Positions 6,604 through 17,200 of a stretch of DNA of 38,586 nucleotides are shown one piece after another; within the stretch, counting starts at the first letter, position 1, and every line of letters starts with the position of its first letter. The notes under the pieces are model-generated. The model did no database searches and was not told the DNA's origin. It saw nothing but the letters and a program-made list of their open reading frames with translations. A program made the translations under genes and the position numbers. Source of the stretch: a virus (taxonomy: Duplodnaviria > Caudoviricetes); IMG/VR virus record IMGVR_UViG_3300030330_002763, positions 1 through 38,586 of that record; one strand, written 5' to 3'.

Positions 6604-8896
6604 CGTCAACCATATCCCAAGCCTCACCAAGAAACTCTAATTTTTTATTTAATTGTTTTATTGCCTCTATTAGTACTGGTACAACCTTTTCATAGTTGAC
6701 TGCTTTATATCCGTTATCTCTGGTTTCTACAAGACCCGGTAAATCTAGAGCCTCTATTTCTTGGGCAACAACTCCAACGTCTGCACCAGAATGACTATGT
6801 ACATTTTTAGGTCTGCTTTTTTTCCATTCAAAAGTATATCCATTAATTTTATCTACAAGGTCTAATGGGTTTTCTATAACTTTTAATTTTTTCTTTAATC
6901 TTTTATCTGATGAGAAAAATGCAGTTACATCATTTGTAGCTCTAATTTCTCCAGTTGTTCCAGATGCATTTGTACCTATTCCAAGACTATCGTGTCTTAC
7001 ATCATTAAGAGTACCTAGACCTAAATTAGTTGCTGCACCAGATGCAGAACTTGAGCCAGTACCCCCGTTGTTTACGGCTAAATCTGTTCCACTCCAATTA
7101 CTATTACTAATAGATGATGCAGTAGCTAATGAGCCTAATCCTAAATTTGACCTAGCACCACTTGCATTAGATGCACCAGTACCACCGTTTGTTACTGCTA
7201 AATCTGTGCCAGACCAATTACTATTACTTACGCTGGTAAGGTATCCAGAATTATTTGTCCATTGAGAAATGTTTCCACTTTTATTAGTAAAGGTTTGTGA
7301 ATTGGATGCCGTTGTCGTCCCGGTGTTTGTTGTATACCCAGCACCGTTAGTTAATTGATTATTATTAGTTGGTATAGTCGGAACAACTAAATCTATTGTA
7401 CCATCACCATCTTGATATGTGGCCGTAATATTTGTTTCTGTATTACTAGAAAACATTGCACCAACAATGTCTTGAACTTGCTCGGTAGACAGTTGGGTAT
7501 TAGTATTTGTATCTGTAGAACTTATGGTAACTGTTCTACCACTTTGTGAAACTGATGTTGCTCCAGAACCTTGGAATGTAACTGCTTGCCCATTAGATAC
7601 GCTAGTTGTGCTACCGGCTGCTAATGTCCAAGATGACATAGTTCCGGCTGATGTTAGGTAACCGGCATCATTTGTCCATTGCGAAATATTACCAGATTTA
7701 TTTGTAAATGTTTGTGAGTTAGATGCAGTAGTCGTACCAGTATTAGTGGTATATCCAGCACCATTTGTTAACTGATTATTGTTCGTTGGAATAGTAGTAG
7801 AGTTGTAAGCGTTAGACCCAAATATTTCTGAAAATCTTTTTCTTCTCTCGGCTCCATTATCTAATAAAATTAGCTCATCTTGGTCTTTATTAATGGCTCC
7901 CGTCATATCTGTTAACTCTGACAAGTCTAAACTAATAGTGGCCGTTCCAGTAGAAGTAAAAGTACCACCACCATCAAGACCGGCAGAAGTACTTATAGTT
8001 ATACTAGTAACCCCAGATGATGTAACAAAACCAGCTCCATTAGTGAGTTGGTTAGTATTAGATGGAATAGTTGGTTTGCCAGATAGGCTAGAATACGCCC
8101 CATCAAATATGGGTAATGTAACAGAATTACCACTACTAATACTTAAAGTTGTACCACTTATAGAAAGTGTTTGTGAGTCTGTTTGACTTGTTAAGTATCC
8201 AACATCATTCGTCCATTGGGATATATTACCACTCTTATTTGTAAAAGTTTGACTGTTCGATGCCGTAGTAGTTCCAGTATTCGTAGTATACCCGGCTCCG
8301 TTTGTAAGCTGATTATTGTTAGTTGGTATAGTAGTACTGTTGTAAGCATTACTTCCAAATATCTCTCTAAATCTTTTTCTTCTTTCAGCACCAGAATCTA
8401 ACAAAATTAATTCATCAACATCTGGGTCAATAGCACCAGTCATATCAGTTAATTCAGATAAGTCTAATGAGATATTTGTAAAACTTCCTCCAGCTCCGGT
8501 AAGATTTCCTCCTCCGTCTAGACCAGTTCCGACACCTAAAGAAACAGATGTAATACCGGACGATGTGACATAACCAGCTCCATTAGAGAGCTGGTTATTA
8601 TTAGATGGAATAGTTGGTGTATCATCTAAATCATTGTAGCTAATACCACTTGTGTCTCCAGAGAATGTTGCAGTTCCAGAAAAGGTAGGAGATGCCTTTG
8701 GGGCCTTACCAGTTACTGCTGAACTTCCAGAAGTTAAATAGCCAGAGTTATTTGTCCATTGACTAATGTTACCAGACTTGTTTGTAAACGTCTGGCTATT
8801 ACTCGCAGTTGTTGTACCAGTATTAGTTGTAAAACCAGAATTATTATTTAATTCTGATATATTATCATTTGCTAAGATTACTTTTTTATAAGCCAT
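6590..8896 (-). CDS. Long tail fibre with C-terminal intramolecular chaperone (peptidase S74)
   Basis: S/T/G/N-rich repeats, ARSNLGLG segments, and SDKRLKK...GYTFEW...GVVAQE...VNYEK S74 signature. Confidence 0.9.
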   Translation of the reverse strand: MAYKKVILANDNISELNNNSGFTTNTGTTTASNSQTFTNKSGNISQWTNNSGYLTSGSSAVTGKAPKASPTFSGTATFSGDTSGISYNDLDDTPTIPSNNNQLSNGAGYVTSSGITSVSLGVGTGLDGGGNLTGAGGSFTNISLDLSELTDMTGAIDPDVDELILLDSGAERRKRFREIFGSNAYNSTTIPTNNNQLTNGAGYTTNTGTTTASNSQTFTNKSGNISQWTNDVGYLTSQTDSQTLSISGTTLSISSGNSVTLPIFDGAYSSLSGKPTIPSNTNQLTNGAGFVTSSGVTSITISTSAGLDGGGTFTSTGTATISLDLSELTDMTGAINKDQDELILLDNGAERRKRFSEIFGSNAYNSTTIPTNNNQLTNGAGYTTNTGTTTASNSQTFTNKSGNISQWTNDAGYLTSAGTMSSWTLAAGSTTSVSNGQAVTFQGSGATSVSQSGRTVTISSTDTNTNTQLSTEQVQDIVGAMFSSNTETNITATYQDGDGTIDLVVPTIPTNNNQLTNGAGYTTNTGTTTASNSQTFTNKSGNISQWTNNSGYLTSVSNSNWSGTDLAVTNGGTGASNASGARSNLGLGSLATASSISNSNWSGTDLAVNNGGTGSSSASGAATNLGLGTLNDVRHDSLGIGTNASGTTGEIRATNDVTAFFSSDKRLKKKLKVIENPLDLVDKINGYTFEWKKSRPKNVHSHSGADVGVVAQEIEALDLPGLVETRDNGYKAVNYEKVVPVLIEAIKQLNKKLEFLGEAWDMVDDGYK

Positions 8897-9068
8897 CGTC
8901 CATCATTGGAGCTATTTTTTTTGCAACCTTTTGCAGTTTCTCTATGCCCTTGGCTACAAGTATAGCATCCTTTCCTCTAATTGTTGCAGATTCCAGAGAT
9001 TGTAATAATAACAATACTTCTGCATCTGAAAGTCTAACCGTATGCAATGCTGGTTTATCACTCTTCAT
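8886..9068 (-). CDS. Small hypothetical protein (fibre-associated)
   Basis: Overlap-coupled ORF in the tail module. Confidence 0.6.
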   Translation of the reverse strand: MKSDKPALHTVRLSDAEVLLLLQSLESATIRGKDAILVAKGIEKLQKVAKKIAPMMDDGL

Positions 9069-9276
9069 TTCCTAGGTTCCTTTGATGTAAAGTCGCAACC
9101 TTATTTAATGTGCCAAATGCTTGCTCCAGCTCTTTTCCAGAAAACTCTGACCTATAAAAAACTTTAAGAATAAAATCTGTATCCTTTACATTTAGTTTAG
9201 GCATAGGAGTTTTCTCTTCTGCTACACCCGATGGTTTATTTCGGGTGTAGACTTTACCTTTAGTACTTATTGACAA
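9058..9276 (-). CDS. Small hypothetical protein (fibre-associated)
   Basis: Abuts the upstream stop; TTG start; weak similarity in layout to the next small ORF. Confidence 0.55.
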   Translation of the reverse strand: MSISTKGKVYTRNKPSGVAEEKTPMPKLNVKDTDFILKVFYRSEFSGKELEQAFGTLNKVATLHQRNLGNEE

Positions 9277-10494
9277 TTACGATGTCCTTACATATAAGTC
9301 TGAACCATCAAATTGAAAATGTCCTATTGGTACTTTAGTTAAACTGTTACTGAATGAACTATTAACGTGAACTAATGCCATATCAGCGTGATATGTTCCA
9401 CCACTCGCAGATGCTAATGTTTGATTATTGCTATTTACACCAACAATAAATCTATCTTTTGCCTCTTGAAATACAAGTGAAAAGTCATCTCCACCAGACC
9501 CTCTTTCTACTACAAAACCAGCATCAGCAGTTCCAGAGTTATCTGAATTCAAAACTAATGTGTTGTTTTTGATTAGAAGTGTTTCTGTATCAGTAGTTAT
9601 TGTATTACCATTAACTGTAAGGTTTCCAGATAACGTAAGGTTGTTAAATGTTGGACTTGCACTAGTAGCTATATTCTGGCTTGCATTGAAAGATATAGAA
9701 TTATTCAAGTTAGTTACACTCATTCCAGTACCACCAACAAAGGTGAAATCTGCACTACCAGAACCATCTGATGCTTTACTACCAGCCCCAGAATCTGTTG
9801 TAATTGTTACTGCCGTAATGTCACCAGAGTTTGTAGTAAATCCAAAACTTTGTATCTTATCTTGTATTGCTGCTGAAGTCATTATACTAGTGTCATCATC
9901 TGAAAAAGATTCACCACTAGTTTGAATTGCACTTCCAGCAAACTCTGAAACAGATAAACCAGATACGTTTAAAGTAACTGCACCACTTTGACCACCACCA
10001 GACAATCCAGTTCCAGCAGATACGCTTGTGATATCTCCAGTATTTGTTGTGTAACCAAAAGATTCTATTCTGTCATTTAATGCTTTAGCAGTCATAAAAG
10101 CATCATCCGTATCACTAAAAGACTCAGAGCTTGTAATTACTGCGTTCCCGTTAAAGTCTGCAACTCTAACATTACCACTAGCTGGGAAACCAGCAGTTAC
10201 AAAGGCGTGTATTTGGTCTCCAGTTGCCAATGTACTGGCTCCATCTGCTACTGCTGCCGTGTTAGCTGATATAGTACCACTTCCCGTAATAGTACCACCA
10301 GATAATCCAGAACCAGCAGTTACAGATGTTACTGTACCCGTTCCACTTTGTGCCGAAATTCTATCATCAATAGCAGCAGCAGTCATCAAGACGGTGTCAC
10401 TATCGCTAAAACTTTCGCCACTTGTTTGAATCGCTGCACCAGTAAATGAAGAAACTGCTGCTTCTCCCTCTAGTACAATTTTCTTAAAAGCCAT
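9277..10494 (-). CDS. Tail fibre / structural protein with internal repeats
   Basis: Three A(I/V)xTSxESFSDxDxxxMTxxA repeats and GDITxV / G.GLSGGG motifs; AGGAG RBS. Confidence 0.8.
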   Translation of the reverse strand: MAFKKIVLEGEAAVSSFTGAAIQTSGESFSDSDTVLMTAAAIDDRISAQSGTGTVTSVTAGSGLSGGTITGSGTISANTAAVADGASTLATGDQIHAFVTAGFPASGNVRVADFNGNAVITSSESFSDTDDAFMTAKALNDRIESFGYTTNTGDITSVSAGTGLSGGGQSGAVTLNVSGLSVSEFAGSAIQTSGESFSDDDTSIMTSAAIQDKIQSFGFTTNSGDITAVTITTDSGAGSKASDGSGSADFTFVGGTGMSVTNLNNSISFNASQNIATSASPTFNNLTLSGNLTVNGNTITTDTETLLIKNNTLVLNSDNSGTADAGFVVERGSGGDDFSLVFQEAKDRFIVGVNSNNQTLASASGGTYHADMALVHVNSSFSNSLTKVPIGHFQFDGSDLYVRTS

Positions 10495-10522
10495 AGCTTA
10501 TTCTCCTATTTGTTGTAGAACA

Positions 10523-11182
10523 TTAAGCATCCACGAATAATGTCCCGTTTTGATTAACAATATCGCCTTGTTGCACATCGGTGCTTGGTAAAGATGATAC
10601 TGTCTGCATTCTAGTTGTACCGTTGTCTTTTGCCGTGAAAAGTTCTTTAGTACCTTTATTCATTGAGACTTTTGAGTCTTCAAATTTCATTTTTCCTTTG
10701 TCACCAGATTTACCAAAATCTGCATTAGCAGCACTTAGTGTCAAATCATCGTGACCAGATTGACTAAAAGTTAATGCACCTTTAGTTTGTAAATCAGAAT
10801 TCAAGATAATGCTACCAGACGTATTAGTTGTAAAAGCTGGTACGCTAGTTCCTTGAGTAGTTACCATAGTCATTTGAGTAATATTTGTTAGAGCTGCACC
10901 TTGAGAATTAACTGTCATTATTGGAGCAGTAGTACCGGAACTGCTATCGGTTTCTACAACGAATCCTCCAGCTTGAACATTACCAGAAAAAGTTGCAGTA
11001 GTACCAGTAACTGGGCCAGTAAACTCTAGGGATGTCGTACCTAATTTTAAAGCACTAGATATTCCCTCTCCATCTATAACGGTTTTCGTTGTTGATTCTA
11101 ATCCTTGGTTATCATTACCAGCACTATTAACAGTTAATAAATCTTTATAGGTATCTGCTACAGTTTTATTAGTCAATGACAT
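10523..11182 (-). CDS. Tail / virion structural protein
   Basis: MSLTNKTVADTYKDLL...DGEG..SAL N-terminus and T/S/G-rich beta composition; tail module. Confidence 0.7.
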   Translation of the reverse strand: MSLTNKTVADTYKDLLTVNSAGNDNQGLESTTKTVIDGEGISSALKLGTTSLEFTGPVTGTTATFSGNVQAGGFVVETDSSSGTTAPIMTVNSQGAALTNITQMTMVTTQGTSVPAFTTNTSGSIILNSDLQTKGALTFSQSGHDDLTLSAANADFGKSGDKGKMKFEDSKVSMNKGTKELFTAKDNGTTRMQTVSSLPSTDVQQGDIVNQNGTLFVDA

Positions 11183-11212
11183 ATTGTATTATATTCCTTT
11201 ATCCACTTTTCA

Positions 11213-14200
11213 TCAAGGTGTTGTATCAGCCGTCCTACGTTCCATTTCACCTTTCAATTCGCCTAGGGCATCCTCCAATCCTACTCTAGTTTTCTTGACC
11301 TTTGGTCTGTTTGTTCTTCTAGCACCTCGTACAGTTGGTAGTCTACCAACATCTACAGTTGCTCTTTCTTTTAATAACTTTCTTAATGATTTTGGTGTAG
11401 CTAATAATCTTGCTTGATTATCTAAAATCTGGTCAAATATTTTATTGTATTCATTCAAACCAATAACTCCATCAGAGTACAAGCCTCTTATAGATTCTTC
11501 TGCTGCCGTAACTTCATAACTATTTAACATTCTTCTTCTACTTTCTCTAACGGCTCTTTGATATCTTGATTGTCTTAAATCTTTTGTAGGTTTATAACTC
11601 CAGAATCTTCTTATAAAAGGTGTCTTTGATGGATTGAGGCCATCGTAGGTTTTATTTAAAATTCTATTATAATTTGTAACCTTATCACCTAATCCTATGG
11701 TGTTGTTCATAAATGTATAAACACCAGTAAAAGCTCGACCAAAAAAGTAATCTAGTTCTGCTGGACTTATATCTAATGTGCCTCCATCCATATAACTAAT
11801 TCTACCTAGAGGGTCACGATTACCATTAGGAGTAAGGCCGGGATTTCCGGGTAATGGGGCATTAGCTATAATATAGGATAAGTCTCTAAGGTCTGCCGGG
11901 GTTTTACCAAACTCTAGCTCAAAATCACTTATAATAGGGTCGTATTTATAAGGTTTGATTGTTCTACCTAATGCATCCTTATTTCGTATTAGGTCTGATG
12001 CCATAGATAATGGTAGCGTAGGCATACCAGATGCTGGAGCAAAATTACTAAACATAATATCATATGCTCTAGACCAATAATGGCCATCAGCCATTTCCTC
12101 ATCTGGTAATAATTTTTTTCTTTCGTAATTATAATCAGAAATCATAACACCTAGACCAGCAAACATTCCCCAGCCATATGCCATTCTAAAAGGTATATGC
12201 CCTCTCTTTTCACCCTCTACATTTGTAAATATATTATTAGGTATCTGGAAGTAATGGTCTCTTTCCCATTCCGATTTCTTTTCCCATTCCTCCTCATCGT
12301 GAGACCTACTCATTTCTGCAAGGTAGTATCCAGCAAACATAAAAGCTGATGACATAGCTGCTGCTTTCTTAGGGTTAGATTTCATTACTTGACCCATTCT
12401 ATATATATTGTTTACTCCTACCTTAGAAAACATATACATAGATTCCATTATACTGGCCAGCTCTCCACGTTTGTTAAAATCAATAGTAACGTCTCTGGCA
12501 GCAATAGCTGATTTTTCTGCTGGGTATCCATTTTGTCGCATAGCTATATATGTAGCTAATCTCATTTGGCCCTCAAAAACTTCGTTGACAGATTGTATAT
12601 ATTCCAGAGCAATTTTTAGATTAGACTTTGCTTGAGCTTTATCGCCCATTTTTTCCATACGTTTGCCAATGTCTTTATACTTATCCTCAAACCCTTTAAA
12701 ATCAAAGAAACTTATCTTTCCACCGTATGCTATCATTTCTTTATAGAATGCAATTGTATCTGTATCTGGCCTATCCTTTGGGTCGTTAAAATTATATTGA
12801 CGTATAGCATTCGCAGCCTTTGGAATATTTAGAGCTGCTTGAGCTGCAATCTTTACGCTATTCTCAATACCTAGATTTGTCAATCCGGTTTGTAAATCTG
12901 ATTGTACGTTACCAATAAAGAATTCTGGACTCCAAGAAGTCGCAGTTTGTTTGATAAAATTATTTACAGAGTTAGCAAATAAAACAATTGGATTCTGGCC
13001 AAAAACAGAATGCTGCTTAAATGACCTAGCAAGATTATCATTATTTATAGTTACAATATATTCTATACCATCCTCTTTCATTAGCATCTGGTTATCTGCT
13101 AATTCTGATGCATAGATATATTTAGGATTACCAAACTTATCGTAGTATTTACGGTCACCTCTATCTACTTGCTCAAACTCAAAAAGGGCCACCTTACTGC
13201 CGTTTTTATTCACAAAAACATCTGTGGCTCGTAATACATTAAGTAGCTTTAAATTAGTTTGATTTGCCTCTGCTCTGGTCATTCCCATCAGTAGGTTTTG
13301 CATACCCATTTCAAATATAGATTTTCTTTGTACTTGAGCATCTGTACCTCGGACTCTTTGGGACTCCGGGCCATTCAGAGAATGACCCTTTGTACCATCT
13401 ACATTCTTAAAGATTCCACCTACTCTTCCATCATCCTCTAGCTCTAAATTGAGAGGGACGTAATTTATAAAGCTGACATTATCTTTGGGGTCTTCAAATG
13501 TTTTGATTGGAGCATCGCCACTATATATTCTTGCTTGCTCTTCAGTAAGTAAGCCACCTTGTAACCTAACTTGTATATTTCTCAAAATAACATTTCGTCT
13601 AAATTCTTTAGCATAATCATCAATAACTGTATCCTTAAATTCATCTAAAATCTCATCGGCCTTTTCATCAGTCATCAATTCACTTTTATTATTATATCCA
13701 GCTCCAGCCTCTATGTCTGGATTCCTTGCTGCTACTAATGCATTTCTTTCTCTAGCGTGTTTAGCGTGCATATACCTATCAAGCATTTCTATGCTTATAC
13801 CACTCTTTGCCATTCTTGCTATAAAATCATCGGCCCACTCTAAGCTACTGTTAAACTTTGCAATTGCTATATTATAACTACGTCTTGCTTGACTGTAAAA
13901 ATCTTCGTTAACTCTTAGTCTACCTTTTTGACCCTCAAACTGTTCCGATAATTTTCTAAGTGGGTCTAGGTTATCATTTAGATATCTAGTAACACTACCT
14001 AATAAACCACCATCATAATAATCTAATTCACCCTCTAACCCTAAATTAAATCTCATTGGATGGTCTGCCTCTTCTCTAGCTTTCTTAGGGTCAAACTCCA
14101 TATATACAACATCTGGACGGCCATTAGTATCTGGATATTCTTTTTTATGATATTCGTACTGCCAATCTGGGGGAGCAAATTCATCATTCCAAGTATCTCG

Positions 14201-17200
14201 TCCAGTTTCTACAAATCCAAATAATTCATAGTAACCCGGTAGTTTACCCTCAAAGGCATCGAGGGTAATTTTATCAGCTCCCATTCTTTGAGCCTTTCTA
14301 ATAGCACTTCTCATCACCTCTTGCCCAGATACTTCTGTATTCTCACCACTAAAAACAGAGGCAATATCTACAGAGGTTGTACCATCTTCAAATTCTTTAA
14401 ATAGTAATGCAGCACCAGACTTGCCATCCTCGGACATTACTAATGTCGGAGTTACTTGTGTTGTGCCGTCAAAATCAACATATGGTTTTTGGTATTGCTC
14501 TAGGTCTTTAAGCTCAACAGAATAACCCTCGTCATCGTTGGCTTTGTGTTCTTCTAGGTTGTTATAAAAGGTTTGTGCTTGGGAGGGGTCTAACTCAGCA
14601 ACTTGTGGTACTTCTTTCGTAAAGAAACCGGGTCGCTTTTTGGGAGTTTCTTGAGTGTCCTCTGTGTCAACACTTCCACTAGGTCGTCCTCCATCTGGTT
14701 CTTGACTATCGGCCTCTTGAGGACTGGTTCCATCTTCTTCTTGAACTGTTTCCTCGCCAACTGCTTTATCGTCTCTAGATAAGATTTCTTCAGCTTTTCG
14801 TTCTTGCTCAAGTCGTTTAGGGTCTCGTATACGTCTAAGTGTGTTTTCATTAAATACTCCACCAGAATTTACTAAATTTTCAGCAACTGACAAATAGTCT
14901 GCCATAGATACGGTACTTCCAGTAGTTCCCATACTGGTAAAAATAGACTTTTCCATATACCAGATAAGAGCTTGAATATCAGCAGCACTAAAGTTTTCAC
15001 CAGTCTCTTTGTTAAATTCTTGTTGTACTGATGTTACAACTTCTCTGTATAACTTAATTCTTTTACGGTTACCATTATCTCTAAAATCTGTTCTAACTAA
15101 ATTGTCGGCCCAGTCTGTTTTTGTAGGGCCTTTATCTTTTGCTCTTTTTAGTTGATAGTTTGCTTGAGCTAATGATTTATTATCAAATGGCTGACCAAGA
15201 TGTGAGGCTATGTTTCTAAGCATCCACAAATCAATCGTAGGTATATCCTCAACCCCAGCTAGGTTTAATGTAAAGGCTCCAACTTTAGGGCCAAAAATTT
15301 CCATACCGTATACTGTTTCTTCAGCAGTTATACCAGATGGTAACGGGCCAACAACCTCACCGGGTTTTTTGCCAGCTTTGATTGTGTTTTTATATAGACC
15401 CATTTCAAATAATTCTTTCTTTAATTCTTTACCGGTCATTCTTCTGCTTAAAAAGTCTAATGCAGCAGTATGCCCACCTTTGTGTTTTGCTATAGTTTTA
15501 AAGGTTGCTATTTGATTAGATACGGCCTCAGAAGTTTTAGTATCAGTAGGAAAACCTTTGTCAATCATAAACTCATTTATGGCATTCATAAGGTTTGGTT
15601 CTGGTGCTTGGCTAGGACTTGTAATGCCTACCAGAAATGTAAAAAATGACCTTTCGTCTTGGTTATTAAGTTCTGGAAATTGTTCTGATAATAAATTTAT
15701 AGTCTGGTCAAACCTATCACCGTACCAAGTAGAGGCATAACTAAATAGTTCTGCATTGCTGGGATTACTGTAAAACTCTACTAGTTCTGGCAGTAATGAT
15801 TCTATACCTCTCTCTTTTACTTTCTTTATATACTGTGGTGATATTTTACCTTTTCTATTATACTTGATTGGTTTGAGACCTAGCTTTTCTAGTCTACGGT
15901 TTGTAATTGCAAGTAACGTATCATTTACTTTTACTGCTCTAGGTTGGCCAGTAGATGTTTGTCCAGCCTCTACAAATTGCCTTACAAAATCATCGTCACC
16001 TTTTACTAGTGGGGTTTCATCTTTTAATTCTATAGGAGGTAATGGATTTGTTCTACTTGATTGAAATTTTCTAGCTAATGCACCAACAGTTCCAATAGTA
16101 GCAACCTCAATAGCAAAATCTTCAGCACTAGGTATAACAAGGTCTCTAAACTCTCTTTCCCATTCTCCAGTATTCTGGTTAAATAATTGGAATCCGGGTC
16201 TTATCTCCATACCCGGTTGGTCAATACCTAAACCACCAATAAGCATATCGGCAGCTCTTTCCTCCATAATCTCTGGGATGATACCGTTAATATTTGCATT
16301 CTCCAGAAACTTTAATATTGTTTCGCTTTCTACATCTGGATTTCTTTTCTTAAAACTTTTAAATAATGCCCCGTTAAATACTTGGCCCAGAATACCTTGC
16401 TTATCTTTACTAACTCTAAATAAATCAAATGCCCCACCTAATCTTTCACTTAAACCCTCTACTACTTGAGAACCTACTGCACTTGTAACGGCATCAACCG
16501 TAGCTTTAGGGTCTTTAAAATTTAGATACTTAACATACTTTTGACCCTCTGGGCCATCAGCTACTTCTACACCAATAAGTTCTTGACTTCTAACTCTATG
16601 TTGTTCGTATGTATTCCAAGTAGCTAAACCTCGTCCGGCTGGATTTACTGCTAACGTAGCCTCAGACTGGACTGCTTGTCTAGCTTTGTTTGCAGCATTT
16701 AAAATTTTCTTTCTAAAATTTGGACTTGTAGCCAATGTCATTGCTCTGTTCATTCGTGGGAATACAGATTTTAGAGCATTCATTGCATTACCTTGCACAA
16801 CCCTACCAGCACCTCTAGTAATAATATAATCGCCCATCATTGTTAGGGCCTCTGCAAACTTATATCCTACAGATTTATCTGCATCAATAGAGTCTAGAAA
16901 TAAGGCAACATCCCGTAAGTCATTTACATATTCTGGTTTAATTAAATCTTGTGGACTTGCTCTATCTAATGCCTCAATCTTATCTGATAATTGGGCCATT
17001 CTAGATAAACCTTTTGCACTACCGTAAAAAGGTATGACATCACTAAAATATCTGGAGGGATGGTCTCTAAGAAAAAAGTCTTTTATATCTAATTGTTGAA
17101 CGTGATTATCTTTACCGGCAAAGTATAGATAGGCATCTTCGTAATCCATTGAACCGTTTTCAATAAATTTATCTACCTCATTAGTTATATCTCTGCCACG

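Noticed and set aside
6590-8896. Diversity-generating retroelement template/variable repeats
   Set aside because: No reverse transcriptase, and repeat differences are synonymous rather than adenine-specific.
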